A stretch of 64,000 bases of DNA from NCBI GenBank assembly GCA_965363765.1, contig CBDTUI010000004.1, forward strand, positions 922 to 64,921, written 5' to 3'. Both the position numbers and the translations under genes were made by a program. This DNA is from an uncultured Acidimicrobiia bacterium (lineage in GTDB: Bacteria; Actinomycetota; Acidimicrobiia; Spongiisociales; JAENVV01). The notes under the pieces are model-generated. The model had not been told where the DNA came from, made no database searches, and saw only the letters and a program-made list of their open reading frames with translations. This document shows positions 48,265 through 58,942 of this stretch, piece after piece; positions within the stretch are counted from its first letter, which is position 1, and each line of letters begins with the position of its first letter.

Positions 48265-50360
48265 AGCTGTCCCAAACGATTAAGGAAGCCAACCTCGCTA
48301 CCGATCCCGAGCCGTTCGTACCAGTGAGAGCGGCGGTCGGCGCGACGGTGATGATCTCGGTCGTCGCCTTGATCGCTCAGGGCTTCGTGCGGACTCTGCC
48401 AGCCGCAGTAGCCATCGTCGGAATCCCAGCCGGGTTTGTTCTGTCCTACCGGATGCGCCACTCCGACGCGCTCAAGCTCAAAGCAATCCTCGCCGTAGCC
48501 CTGATCGGGTCGGTGATCGGCTTCTTCGGCGAGCTCGTCTCATCATTCCAGGACGGACTGGTAGATATCCAAGTGCCGCTCGCCGAACTGTTCCTCTGGG
48601 TACAAGTCATCCATTCGATGCATGTGCCCGCCCGGCGGGACCTCATGTTTTCCCTGGCATCTTCTGGCGCCATGATGGCAATCACGGCTGCCCTGTCTAT
48701 CTCAACCGCACTGGGGGTCTTCATCTTGTTGTGGGCCGTAGGTCTGCTGTCATCGTTGTTGCTTGCCTATCGGAGTTCGATCACCGATCTGGGAACCCTG
48801 ACCAATGTCCCTTCGGTCACCGCCGGGGCGTCAAGGTCTGGGGCCAAGACGCTGGCGATTCTCGGCACGCTATCGGTCGTCGTCTTTCTGGCACTGCCGA
48901 GCGCTCGCGCGTCGCGGGCCTTGACGTTCCCCGCCGAACTCCCCTCCTCCAATGCCCTCGGAACACCTGGTTCCCTGTCGAACCCTTCACTGGGGGGTCG
49001 CGACGGCCAGGGCCAGGACGATCAATCAAACGGCGGGGCGAGTTCGGGCTACTTCGGTTTCGCGGAAAGCCTCGACACATCATCGCGGGGACGCCCCGAC
49101 GGGACGCTCGTCATGCGGGTCCGCGCCTCGGCGCCGGCGTTCTGGCGCGGACAAACATTTGATGTGTGGGATGGAGTCACCTGGACGGCAGCAGATGACA
49201 CTTCGACCACCATCGGGGGACCCGCCCCGATCCAGATCCCGCTCACGGTTGGTGACACCCCGGTCTCTGCTGACGACTTCATCCAGACGTTCTATATCGA
49301 GCAGCCGGGACCGAACATCGTTTTCGGCGCCTACCGCGTGTCTGAGGTGTACTTCGATTCGCGATTCCTCTTTCAGCAACCCGACGGGGCCCTACGAGCC
49401 GGGTCGGATCTCGGCCGGGGGGCCGTCTACACGGTTATCAGTCAACGTCCGCACGTGACCGAGGCACTGCTGAGGGTGAGTGATCCGCTCCGAGCCGATC
49501 TTCCGCTCTCGCTTGAGCAGTTCCTCCAGTTGCCCGATGACGTGCCCCAGCGGGTGCTCGACCTCGCTCAAGAGGTGACGGCCGAGGCCCCCACCACGTA
49601 CGACAAGATCCGAGCGCTCGAAGCGTGGATGGGAGCGAACACCACCTACAGCCTGGACATCCCCCCACTTCCGGAGGGCGCCGACTCTGTCGACGAGTAT
49701 CTCTTCGAAACCCGCCAGGGTTTCTGTGAGCAGATCGGTACGAGCCTCGTCGTCATGCTTCGATCTCTCGGAGTACCGAGTCGCCTGGCGGTCGGTTTCA
49801 TCCCCGGCGAACGAAATTCGCTCACCGGCCTGTACGAAGTGCGTGCGTCGGATGCGCATTCGTGGGCGGAGGTCTATTTCCCGGGGATCGGATGGCAAGG
49901 ATTCGATCCAACCGCCCAGGTTCCCCTGGCCGGTGAGTACGAGGCGCCTGCCAACGCCGGATCAGCCATCGTCACCTGGGCGCGGGAAAACGCTGGCTTG
50001 GTTGGGAAAGGACTTGGGTTGCTCCTGGCCGCCGTCCTGGTCGGTGGTTTTGGTGGCATGCTCGTCTCGGTCACCAGCCGAATCGTTGCTGAACGGCGAC
50101 GCAAAGCTCGCCGGACCTGGGTCGAAAGACTGACGGAGGGCCTCGAGCAGAGCGGGGCAGCCCGCGATCGGCCCCGTCAAAGCCACGAGACAATCAGAGA
50201 GTACGTAGATGCCCTGGTATCGGGCCCACTCCCCGATGGTCGCCTGAACGAAGTCGGTGAGATCCTCACCCATGAGGCTTTTGCCGACGTCTCTGATCCT
50301 GACAAACGGGCCGATGCCGAACAGTTGCTGGCAGCAGTTGTCGGTCGACCTGTCGAGTGA
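48261..50360 (+). CDS. Transglutaminase-like domain membrane protein.
   Basis: Multiple N-terminal TM helices; QGFCEQ...H.W.E..F...GW..FDPT transglutaminase core. Confidence 0.8.
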   Translation: MKLSQTIKEANLATDPEPFVPVRAAVGATVMISVVALIAQGFVRTLPAAVAIVGIPAGFVLSYRMRHSDALKLKAILAVALIGSVIGFFGELVSSFQDGLVDIQVPLAELFLWVQVIHSMHVPARRDLMFSLASSGAMMAITAALSISTALGVFILLWAVGLLSSLLLAYRSSITDLGTLTNVPSVTAGASRSGAKTLAILGTLSVVVFLALPSARASRALTFPAELPSSNALGTPGSLSNPSLGGRDGQGQDDQSNGGASSGYFGFAESLDTSSRGRPDGTLVMRVRASAPAFWRGQTFDVWDGVTWTAADDTSTTIGGPAPIQIPLTVGDTPVSADDFIQTFYIEQPGPNIVFGAYRVSEVYFDSRFLFQQPDGALRAGSDLGRGAVYTVISQRPHVTEALLRVSDPLRADLPLSLEQFLQLPDDVPQRVLDLAQEVTAEAPTTYDKIRALEAWMGANTTYSLDIPPLPEGADSVDEYLFETRQGFCEQIGTSLVVMLRSLGVPSRLAVGFIPGERNSLTGLYEVRASDAHSWAEVYFPGIGWQGFDPTAQVPLAGEYEAPANAGSAIVTWARENAGLVGKGLGLLLAAVLVGGFGGMLVSVTSRIVAERRRKARRTWVERLTEGLEQSGAARDRPRQSHETIREYVDALVSGPLPDGRLNEVGEILTHEAFADVSDPDKRADAEQLLAAVVGRPVE

Positions 50361-50669
50361 CCTCACCCCGGTATGCCAACCCGCTGAGTCGTAAGATCCG
50401 TCGTCAGCGCCAGCCCAGCCAACCTTTCAGCCGGTCGGACTAGTTCTTTCGGGGCACGAACTTGCGCACGAGAAATGGCACTTTACGCCTTCCATTTTCT
50501 GTGTGAAAGTTGTCAATAGGACTTAAGTCACAAAAGGGGTTGGGTTCAGCGTACGGGAGGCATCAGCAAGTTCGGGACCGGACGATTCTGTCACGGGCCC
50601 GATACCCGTGTCTGAACACCACCTCACTAGCGCCACACGTCACCTGTGCGGCAAGGAGGTCATAAGAAG

Positions 50670-51857
50670 ATGGGCCGACACAGAAAACTATCGATAGTCA
50701 CGGTCATACTCGCCATGGTCGCGGCGGTTTTTGCGACGGCGGCCATCGCCGAGGAGCCCTTTTACGTTGACAGGGGCGTCCTTCTGCTCCACACCTCGGA
50801 CAGCGGCTACAAAGTTCAATGGTTCGATGTGCCCGTCTCGTTGGCCGGACCAGCAACGGCAACCCAAAACATCAATATCGATTCGAAATGCAATGTAACC
50901 CTTAGCGGCGCCAGCCTGATCTCATTGACCCCAACAGGAGGGAATGGAAAAGTCGGGGCAGTGTCGAATGGGCTCGGCGTCAAGACCAAGAACAACTGTT
51001 CAACCGATCAGGGTCAGATCGTTATCGGCCAAACCCTAAAAGTCGAGCTCGCAAGCGACTTCAACAACACCTACTCCATCGGGTCTGCTGAGCTAGACAT
51101 CGAGGGCAAGCACGACGCCAAACTGGGCGTCGCATTCCCCGTGGGACCAGCCCAGGTCTTGATGCTTGGCAACACGTCGGACAACGGACCTGACTCTGGG
51201 ATCGGAGATAACAACGTAATCACCATCACGCCTGCTCATCCCGTGAGGTCGATGACGTTGTACCCGGTCGCGAACGGCAACGGCGGACCGGCCGTTTCTC
51301 TTGAAGGTGGCGGCGACGGCGTCCTTGCCGGTGGCGTGCGGCGAACCGCTCTCAACACAAATGCTTCTCTGTTCTCACTGGTGCAGGAGTTCGACGGCGT
51401 TCTCGACTGTGGCCAGTCGACACCCCCCGAGGGTGGCGGAGCGGATGCGGCGATTACCGTCTTCAGAGGTGGGCAAACCGAGTGCCAACTCAAGCCATAT
51501 AATGATGACGCATCAGGCTCGACTGCCTCGTTCGAACCGATCGGACAAGCAGGCGCCGAGTTCACGGCCACGATTGTCTGGCCAGCCGAGGGTGCAGTTC
51601 TACCGGTCCCTGGGACAACCATCGACTTTGGGAACGGTCCCGAAGCTGTTCAATGGTGCCAAGGTACGGCTGTTCGCAACACAGACGGCACACTCACTGT
51701 CGACGCAGCTGCGCCGTATGCGTTCTCCGGGCCACCTACGCTGCCAGGCACCGCTAGCTGGTGTTTGCTGGATCAGAATGTCAGTTACATCAACGGCAAC
51801 CAGATCCAGGTCACCGAGTACTACTACGGCAGCGGAGATCCGTTCTTCGCCCGGTAA
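50670..51857 (+). CDS. Secreted protein of unknown function, Gly/Asn/Thr-rich, probably beta-rich. ATG follows an AAGGAGG SD; the GTG-started ORF extends to 50646.
   Basis: Signal peptide LSIVTVILAMVAAVFATAAIA; no recognised domain. Confidence 0.5.
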   Translation: MGRHRKLSIVTVILAMVAAVFATAAIAEEPFYVDRGVLLLHTSDSGYKVQWFDVPVSLAGPATATQNINIDSKCNVTLSGASLISLTPTGGNGKVGAVSNGLGVKTKNNCSTDQGQIVIGQTLKVELASDFNNTYSIGSAELDIEGKHDAKLGVAFPVGPAQVLMLGNTSDNGPDSGIGDNNVITITPAHPVRSMTLYPVANGNGGPAVSLEGGGDGVLAGGVRRTALNTNASLFSLVQEFDGVLDCGQSTPPEGGGADAAITVFRGGQTECQLKPYNDDASGSTASFEPIGQAGAEFTATIVWPAEGAVLPVPGTTIDFGNGPEAVQWCQGTAVRNTDGTLTVDAAAPYAFSGPPTLPGTASWCLLDQNVSYINGNQIQVTEYYYGSGDPFFAR

Positions 51858-54800
51858 TCGAGAAAGGCCAAGGTACAAGGCAGACGCCGAACATCAAGGT
51901 CGTGAAGTAACTGAGTAGCCCGAAGAACGGTGGAGGGGTCGGCTGAGTCGACCCCTCCCTCTATGGTGTCACCTGTCAGGACCAGTAAGGCTTCTTCATA
52001 GCCCAGGCCCTGGTCGGATGCCGCAGCAAGCCCGGCAGCGATGGCGGCCTGCGCCTCGCTCGTGCGCCCGAGGTCGCTCAACGCCTGACCGCGGACCCGG
52101 CCGAGCGATGCCGAATACCAGAGCCGGTCGCGCCCGGCAGACTTTTCAGCCAGGGTCAGGATCTCAAGCGCGTCATTCGGGTCGCCCCGTTCCAGCCGAC
52201 ACTCGGCCAGGAAGATCGCTGCCTCCAGAGCACTACCCGTTCGTCCTAGCTCAGATAACTGCTTGCCAGCCCCTCTCAAGAGATTCTCGGCGTCGTCGAG
52301 TTGTCCCCGATCGGCCAAAACCCGAGCGAAGTGAATCTCCGCGAACACCGCCCCGTCAGTGAAACCCGCCGCCCTCATGACTCTGGCGGAATCCTGGAGC
52401 AACGGTTCAGCCTCCTTCATCCTTCCCTGATTGACGAAGACCTCGCCCATATTCGAGCCGGTTATCGCGGCCTGAAGCGTGTTTCCGGCGCGCTCGGCCA
52501 TGTCTTTCGCTTTGGCGTAGTAGTCCAAGGCTCTGGCCCAATCCCCCGCGAAATATGCGCCAGCTCCCAGGTTCCCGGTTATCTCGGCTTGCACGTCAAG
52601 CATTCCCAGCTTCTCATAGAGGGCTAAAGACTTTTCGGCGAATACAGCCTCGTCAGATCTGCCCAACATGTGATAGGCCGTGTTCATGATGTTGTACGCC
52701 TTCGCAAGCGCCTCTTCCTCCCCCGCCGCGCTCGCCTGCTCGACCGCTTGTTTGGCCAGTCGCAGAGCAGGTCGCGGTTGATCTTGAGCTTGTCGGACCG
52801 TGGCACGCAGGGCAGTCAAGCGGGCTCTGATGGCCAGCCCATTCGAGTTGTCTTGGTGCTCAACCAATTTCAGCCCGGCAGTGATGTCCCGAAGCGCTAC
52901 CGAGAAGGATCCGGCCCGTTCCCGTGCTCGAGCTCTCCGGAGCAACAGGTCAGCCTTTTCAAGTGGATCATCCGCGGCGAAACGGAGCGCGTTCCGGTAG
53001 GCCGACAGGGCTTCTTTGAACCTGCCAGCCTTCAACTCGACATCGCCAAGTGCCGACAGCAGCTCAACTCGTTCACGATCGGTTACCTCGGGGAGCCGTC
53101 GCGCGGCATCTACCGCTCGCGAGTATTGGACCGCAGCGTCGACGTTGGAATATGCGTCGCGAGCGTCATCGCCAGCGACGCGAGCGTAACGCCAGGTCGG
53201 TTCGTATTCCTGAGCCAGCGAAAAATGGAGTGAGAGGAGATCGGCCACGGACTCCGTGTCGTCGCCCGCGAGTCGTTCTGTCGCGTAGGCGGCTCGGCGA
53301 TGGAGTTCCCGCCGCCGGCGATACGGCAGCCCTTCGTACGCGACGTCCCGTAGAAGACCGTGTCGGAAACGAAGCCGGTCGGGTCCATTCGATACCAGAA
53401 AGCCAAGTAGTTCGTCCTGAGTTTCGGAATCCATCCGCAGGTTGTCGTCGCCCAGCACCTCATTTAGCACCGTTAGCCGGAAACTCCGGCCCAATACGCT
53501 CGCATACCGTAGAAGGCGCTTGGAACGCGGGGGCAAGGCGTCGATCTGTGCACTGACAAGCGCATCGAGCGAGTCGGGTAGCTCGCGTATCGATCCCGAC
53601 TGTTTGACCACCGACAGGATCTCTTCAAGGAAGAGGGCGTTCCCGCCGGCTCTCTGAACAATGGCCTTCACGTCATGAGGCAGCAGCGGCTTATCGTCGG
53701 TAACGGCCAACACGATCGACGTAGCCTCTTCAGTAGCCAATGGGCCGAGCTCGATGGTGGGCGTACCGTCTGGTTCGAACCGCCCCTCACCGGACACTCT
53801 CGTTGTCAGTACGGCCCAGGGATGGTCCTCCGTTGCCCGGCACAGGCGTTCAGCCAGTTCCGTCGAGGCGGCATCCATCCACTGACCCTCCTCGATGACA
53901 ATGGCTTGCGGGCCAGGCAATGCCAATTCAAGGACCCGAATTACTGCATCGGCTAGGCGCTCGCGGCGAAATCGCTGGTCGATCGCATCGACTTCCGGGG
54001 TTGACTCCACTTCGACGTGAGCGACGTCTCCCAGTAGCGGTAAGAACGGAAGGAGCTCAGGATCGAGCCGTTGCACTGCCTCCGTCATCTGCCTGGCCAT
54101 CGTCTCCTGATCGGCACGCTCGACGCCCAGGATCGTCCTGGCCGGGTCCCGGAACGGTCGATATGGAGTGGCCGTGCCGTACGGCTCGGCGCGAACAGTT
54201 GCAGCAGGTAGATCAGGTTGCAGATCGACTGCTTCTTGAACGAGGCGGGTCTTGCCGATTCCGCGCTCGCCTACCAACGCCACCACCTGACCGACTCCGC
54301 GACAAGCGGACTCCAAGGCATCGCAAAGTTGGGCCAACTCGTCGACTCGACCGGTAAACGGAAGCTCATCCCTGGAACGCCCCGAACGAGTACCGGTCTC
54401 TTCTCCGACCGCAAACGCCTGGACTGGTTCGGCTTTTCCTTTCACGGGGAACGGTTCGAGCGCGGTAGTTGCAAACAAGGTCCGAGAATTCTCAAGGACG
54501 ACCGGGGTTGCGTAAATCGTCCCGGGAGTGGCCGCTGACATCAACCGGGCAGCCAGATTTACGTCATCGCCCATGATTGTATAGGTGCGCCGATAGAGGG
54601 GGCCGACGTCACCGGCAAACACGTGGCCCCGATTGACGCCGATCTTGATCGGAAGTTCGTATTCGTGGTCGATTATCTCTCGCAATGCGTGCAGCATGCG
54701 TTCGGAATCGTTTCCTGTGGCGGTGGGCGCTCCAGCAGCCAGAATGATCTTGCCGCCATCGTCGTAGATGTCGGTTCCCAAGAACGCAACCTGGCGCGGG

Positions 54801-55768
54801 TCGACTGCTGCTTGAACCCGGGCCACCAAATCCGACAATGCATGGGCGACCGCTTCGGGCCCTTTCTCATAGAGAAGGGAGTCCACGCCCATGAACTGAA
54901 GGAACGCCACCGTGACCTGCCGGTGTTCCGGTTCGTTGGCGCCTGCCACCAGCGCTTGGCGCACCGCCACAGGTATGTATTGCTCCAGGTCCCCGGTGGC
55001 TGGACGCACGTCGACCGTTCCTCCCGCCACCTCAGGAACCGGCTTGCGGATGAGAAATCCGGCTCCTTTGGGATCACCGACCGAGGACTTAGGAAGGCCC
55101 GCTGCCGTGGTTCTCGAGACGACAATCTCCGTAGCGTCGGCGAAGGCTTCCATCTCCACGGTGGCGGTGGCGGCCGAACCGGTCAGGATCAACTCTCGAT
55201 GGGACTTACCAACCAGAAAGAAGTTGAACTCGCCGGAGTTGACGCCGATCGACATCTTGAGCGTCATGTTCCCAACGGGGGTCTTGACCTTGCCGAGCCT
55301 CTTCATGGCATGCTGCATGCCAACCGCCGCGTTCACCGCCCGATGTTCGTGACCCTCGCCATTGAAGAGCAACAGGAGCGCGTCGCCACCGAACTTGATG
55401 AGGCGTCCACCGAGCGGATAGGCGACAGCCAGCAGACCCTTGAAACATCCGCCCAAAACCTCGGTTACCTCTTCGGCACCCACTTTCCCAAGCATGGCGA
55501 GACGTTCGGAGAGTGCCGTAAAGCCGGAAATATCGACGAAAACCATGGTCCCAACGATCGCCTGGTGGGTCGACGACGGTGCGTCTTTGTCCCAGTGGAG
55601 AACTATGCGCGGCAAATACGACTGGTACGGATCTGTGTTCGTGTCTTGTTCTAGATCGACGACCAACGCTTCTCCAGGGGTGAGGGTACGACGAGATGAA
55701 CCTCCAGGCACTGGAGACGATATGACTCGATGCCGTTTCTTCCGCTGATCATCCGACGATCCCACCAA
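51824..55768 (-). CDS. Large (1314 aa) signalling protein: two tandem class III nucleotidyl-cyclase homology domains, a STAND/AAA P-loop NTPase, then TPR repeats.
   Basis: CHD1 FVDISGFTALSERL...FGGDALLLLF carries the metal-binding Asp residues. CHD2 GDDVNLAARLMSAA carries the N/R transition-state motif but has Q in place of the first Asp (FLQFMGVDS). P-loop LVGERGIGKTRL. TPR-like repeats fill the C-terminal half. Confidence 0.8.
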   Translation of the reverse strand: MVGSSDDQRKKRHRVISSPVPGGSSRRTLTPGEALVVDLEQDTNTDPYQSYLPRIVLHWDKDAPSSTHQAIVGTMVFVDISGFTALSERLAMLGKVGAEEVTEVLGGCFKGLLAVAYPLGGRLIKFGGDALLLLFNGEGHEHRAVNAAVGMQHAMKRLGKVKTPVGNMTLKMSIGVNSGEFNFFLVGKSHRELILTGSAATATVEMEAFADATEIVVSRTTAAGLPKSSVGDPKGAGFLIRKPVPEVAGGTVDVRPATGDLEQYIPVAVRQALVAGANEPEHRQVTVAFLQFMGVDSLLYEKGPEAVAHALSDLVARVQAAVDPRQVAFLGTDIYDDGGKIILAAGAPTATGNDSERMLHALREIIDHEYELPIKIGVNRGHVFAGDVGPLYRRTYTIMGDDVNLAARLMSAATPGTIYATPVVLENSRTLFATTALEPFPVKGKAEPVQAFAVGEETGTRSGRSRDELPFTGRVDELAQLCDALESACRGVGQVVALVGERGIGKTRLVQEAVDLQPDLPAATVRAEPYGTATPYRPFRDPARTILGVERADQETMARQMTEAVQRLDPELLPFLPLLGDVAHVEVESTPEVDAIDQRFRRERLADAVIRVLELALPGPQAIVIEEGQWMDAASTELAERLCRATEDHPWAVLTTRVSGEGRFEPDGTPTIELGPLATEEATSIVLAVTDDKPLLPHDVKAIVQRAGGNALFLEEILSVVKQSGSIRELPDSLDALVSAQIDALPPRSKRLLRYASVLGRSFRLTVLNEVLGDDNLRMDSETQDELLGFLVSNGPDRLRFRHGLLRDVAYEGLPYRRRRELHRRAAYATERLAGDDTESVADLLSLHFSLAQEYEPTWRYARVAGDDARDAYSNVDAAVQYSRAVDAARRLPEVTDRERVELLSALGDVELKAGRFKEALSAYRNALRFAADDPLEKADLLLRRARARERAGSFSVALRDITAGLKLVEHQDNSNGLAIRARLTALRATVRQAQDQPRPALRLAKQAVEQASAAGEEEALAKAYNIMNTAYHMLGRSDEAVFAEKSLALYEKLGMLDVQAEITGNLGAGAYFAGDWARALDYYAKAKDMAERAGNTLQAAITGSNMGEVFVNQGRMKEAEPLLQDSARVMRAAGFTDGAVFAEIHFARVLADRGQLDDAENLLRGAGKQLSELGRTGSALEAAIFLAECRLERGDPNDALEILTLAEKSAGRDRLWYSASLGRVRGQALSDLGRTSEAQAAIAAGLAAASDQGLGYEEALLVLTGDTIEGGVDSADPSTVLRATQLLHDLDVRRLPCTLAFLDYRAKNGSPLP

Positions 55769-55847
55769 ACCTACTCTGGTTGGTGGCGACTGTCCTGCGA
55801 AACCCTTTCCGGACAGGATGATCCGCCGGTAGGGTGATCAGGTTGCA

Positions 55848-57266
55848 ATGAACGAGATCCGGGTCGACTATTCGCGCAAGTGGTTCGTGATGGGAGCCGT
55901 GTCGATGGGCGTCTTCCTGTCCAGCGTCGACGGGTCGATAGTCAACATCGCTTTGCCCACGCTCCAGAAAGACTTCGGGGCGCCGTTCTCCTCCGTGCAA
56001 TGGGTGGTTCTCGCCTACCTTCTGATCCTAGGAACACTGTCCCTCCTTATCGGTCGGCTTGGCGACATGATCGGCAAGAAACGGATCTACGCCGGCGGAT
56101 TCATCGTCTTCACCCTCGCCTCACTCGGCGCCGCCACCTCCCAATCGGTCGGGATGCTCATCGGATGGCGCATCATCCAAGCTGTCGGAGCAGCCATGGT
56201 TCTGTCACTGGGGATCGCCATCCTCACCGAGGCGTTCCCACCGACCGAGCGAGGCAAAGCGCTTGGCCTGATTGGAACCACGGTGTCGGTAGGCATCGTC
56301 GTAGGCCCGACGTTGGGTGGGCTGATCCTGTCGGCCGCCTCATGGCACTGGATCTTCCTTGTGAACCTGCCGGTCGGAATCGTTGGAACAATCACAGCCG
56401 TCAAATTCATTCCGAACACCAAACCGGTCGGTGGCCAGACCTTCGACTTCGGTGGTGCGGCCCTATTCGCGATAACCATCACGTCACTCATGTTGGGAAT
56501 CACCCTCGGCGGGGACCGCGGCTTCGCATCGCCGCTCGTTCTCACTCTCCTCGCTGCTGCCACCATGGTCGGCATCGGTTTCATCTACTGGGAGCGGCGA
56601 ACCGAGCAGCCGATCGTCGATCTTTCAATTTTCGATAACAAGCTCTTCACCATCAACATCGTGACGGGACTGTTGGCCTTCGTGTGTGTGTCCGGCGTCT
56701 TCTTCATTTCTCCGTTCTATCTCGAACGAACCCTCGGGCTCGAGTCGCGTCAGATCGGACTCCTGCTCGCTGCGTCTCCGATTTTGCTCGCCGTGGTCGC
56801 ACCGGCCAGCGGTTGGCTGTCAGACAAGATCGGGTCGCGACCAATCACCATTGCCGGTCTGCTCGTCCTTCTCGTTGGGTACTGGTCGTTCCGGCGACTC
56901 GGCCAGGACACCACTCCGCTCGGATTCGTCCTGGCTCTGGCGCCCATCGGAGCGGGCATGGGTCTCTTCCAGTCGCCAAACAACTCGATCATCATGGGGT
57001 CGGTGCGGCCGGAGCGACTGGGGATCGCATCGGGCCTGCTCAACCTGACCCGCATCCTCGGACAGATAACTGGCATTGGCGTCCTGACCACCTTCTGGGC
57101 GATTCGGGCCGACGCAGCCGGAGGGCAGACCGATCCGGCCGGGATCGTGTCCGGCCTCCACGACACAATGTTGGTCGCAATGGTGTTAATCGGATTCGGG
57201 TTTACTCTGGCACTGTGGGGATATTTCGCCGAGCGACGTCAAAAGAAGGAAGAGGTCAAGACATGA
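55848..57266 (+). CDS. MFS transporter, DHA2 (EmrB/QacA, 14-TMS) family.
   Basis: [28 protein letters not shown], 14 hydrophobic segments. Confidence 0.85.
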   Translation: MNEIRVDYSRKWFVMGAVSMGVFLSSVDGSIVNIALPTLQKDFGAPFSSVQWVVLAYLLILGTLSLLIGRLGDMIGKKRIYAGGFIVFTLASLGAATSQSVGMLIGWRIIQAVGAAMVLSLGIAILTEAFPPTERGKALGLIGTTVSVGIVVGPTLGGLILSAASWHWIFLVNLPVGIVGTITAVKFIPNTKPVGGQTFDFGGAALFAITITSLMLGITLGGDRGFASPLVLTLLAAATMVGIGFIYWERRTEQPIVDLSIFDNKLFTINIVTGLLAFVCVSGVFFISPFYLERTLGLESRQIGLLLAASPILLAVVAPASGWLSDKIGSRPITIAGLLVLLVGYWSFRRLGQDTTPLGFVLALAPIGAGMGLFQSPNNSIIMGSVRPERLGIASGLLNLTRILGQITGIGVLTTFWAIRADAAGGQTDPAGIVSGLHDTMLVAMVLIGFGFTLALWGYFAERRQKKEEVKT

Positions 57267-57679
57267 CTGCTGAGAACAAAGACGCCGGTCTGACGCCGGA
57301 ACAATATCGGGTCATCCGTGAAGGTGGCACCGAGGCGCCGTTCACCGGCAAGTACCTGGACAACAAGGCCGACGGTGAATACCGCTGCGTGGGTTGCGGA
57401 GAACCGTTGTTTGGTTCCGACACAAAGTATGAATCGGGATCTGGCTGGCCGTCATATTTTGAACCGCTCCCGAACGCCAAGCTGACCGAAATCGTCGACC
57501 GGTCGCACGGCATGGTGCGCACCGAAGCCAAATGTGCCAACTGCGACGCCCATCTCGGCCATGTGTTCCCGGACGGACCACAGCCGACCGGTCTCCGTTA
57601 CTGCATCAACTCGGCTGCGCTCGATTTCGATCCAAAGGCCGATTCTGAATCCGCCGGATCCGAGGACTCGCCGGTCTAG
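57263..57679 (+). CDS. msrB: Peptide-methionine (R)-S-oxide reductase MsrB.
   Basis: Two CxxC zinc motifs ([21 protein letters not shown]) and the catalytic [12 protein letters not shown] overlaps the MFS stop (ATGA). Confidence 0.85.
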   Translation: MTAENKDAGLTPEQYRVIREGGTEAPFTGKYLDNKADGEYRCVGCGEPLFGSDTKYESGSGWPSYFEPLPNAKLTEIVDRSHGMVRTEAKCANCDAHLGHVFPDGPQPTGLRYCINSAALDFDPKADSESAGSEDSPV

Positions 57680-58212
57680 CCGACCTTGGCGAGCCAATCC
57701 ACGATTGCCCCGGCGGTCTTTTCGAGTCGGCCGCGCACTGCTTCGTCGGTCAGGGTGGTTCCGTCGAAGGAATCCCGTAGGTGGGCGAACGCCACCATGC
57801 CCGGCAAGAGCGGGCAGTGCATATAGATAAGGATATGGCGGAGCATCAGTTGGGCGTGGGCCGTCCCGAAACGACCGGTGGTGCCGCCAATGATCGCCGC
57901 CGGTTTGCCGTGCAGCGGGTTCGTACCCCGTGACGCCCAGTCAATCAGGTTCTTCATGCTGCCGGGGATGCTCCCGTTGTACTCGGGGGTGGCAAACACC
58001 ACCAGGTCGGCTTCGGCGATGGCATCTTTGAGGGCGGCAACCGCGCTGGGATCGCCGTCGACTTCGAGGTCCGCGTTGAACACCGGCACGTCGACCGCAT
58101 CGAAAATCGAGAATGAAACGTCGTCGGGAAAATACTCCCCTAGGACGGACAGCAGCTGCCGGTTGTACGAATCAGCTCGGAGGCTGCCACAGATACCAAG
58201 AATACGAGTCAT
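57676..58212 (-). CDS. NAD(P)H-dependent FMN reductase family protein.
   Basis: [15 protein letters not shown]-terminal flavodoxin-like motif. Confidence 0.75.
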   Translation of the reverse strand: MTRILGICGSLRADSYNRQLLSVLGEYFPDDVSFSIFDAVDVPVFNADLEVDGDPSAVAALKDAIAEADLVVFATPEYNGSIPGSMKNLIDWASRGTNPLHGKPAAIIGGTTGRFGTAHAQLMLRHILIYMHCPLLPGMVAFAHLRDSFDGTTLTDEAVRGRLEKTAGAIVDWLAKVG

Positions 58213-58236
58213 GACAGGAGGTTATCGCATATCCCT

Positions 58237-58932
58237 ATGAACACGACCGGGGCGTCGTATCCTGACCGGGTGCCTCGACTCACCCTGTCAGTACGTGTCA
58301 TGGTCAGCTTGCTCATCGGAGGCCTTCTAGCGGCGTCATGCTCGTCTGGCTCCGAAACTACGGAACCACCCTCCACCGCTGCCTCTATCGAAACCGCCCC
58401 GAGCACCGTCGTACAACCGCCTACTACTGAGACGACGGCAACGACCGCTTTGGAGAACCCCGACGATGTCTGCCGTCCCAACGCCGGACCCAATGTGCGT
58501 ATCCGCTGGGATGACCTGGCCGCCCAATGGGCAGCGCTCGACGGCATCGCGACACCCGAAGCCACATTTGATGTTGGCGATGGCCAGGATTCCGGCCAGT
58601 TCACGTTCGATGACGGGACCATCGTGCAGGCAACGGTCAGCCAGAACCAGGGGGAGATTGTCGAGCTATTCGTCATCAGCCCGGTCGACCCACCCAATCC
58701 AATGGCCGGCCTTCCAGTGATTCTCGATCATTGGGTGGACATGCTCACCCTGACCGAACCTCGCCTCACGCCTGTCGAACGGGTCGGGCTGCTCCAGGAA
58801 CTCGGCGTCGTCGGCGAGAACCTCACGCTGTTGGACATGAACGGCATCGTCGAATGCCGGCAACGAACTTACGAGGTTGCGTTCGACGTTGACCTGGCCG
58901 CGTTCGTGTTCGGGGTGGACCTGTCTCGCTAG
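58237..58932 (+). CDS. Lipoprotein of unknown function with a Thr-rich linker.
   Basis: LLIGGLLAASCSSGSE lipobox; TTETTATT linker. Confidence 0.5.
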   Translation: MNTTGASYPDRVPRLTLSVRVMVSLLIGGLLAASCSSGSETTEPPSTAASIETAPSTVVQPPTTETTATTALENPDDVCRPNAGPNVRIRWDDLAAQWAALDGIATPEATFDVGDGQDSGQFTFDDGTIVQATVSQNQGEIVELFVISPVDPPNPMAGLPVILDHWVDMLTLTEPRLTPVERVGLLQELGVVGENLTLLDMNGIVECRQRTYEVAFDVDLAAFVFGVDLSR

Positions 58933-58942
58933 GTCCGATCAG

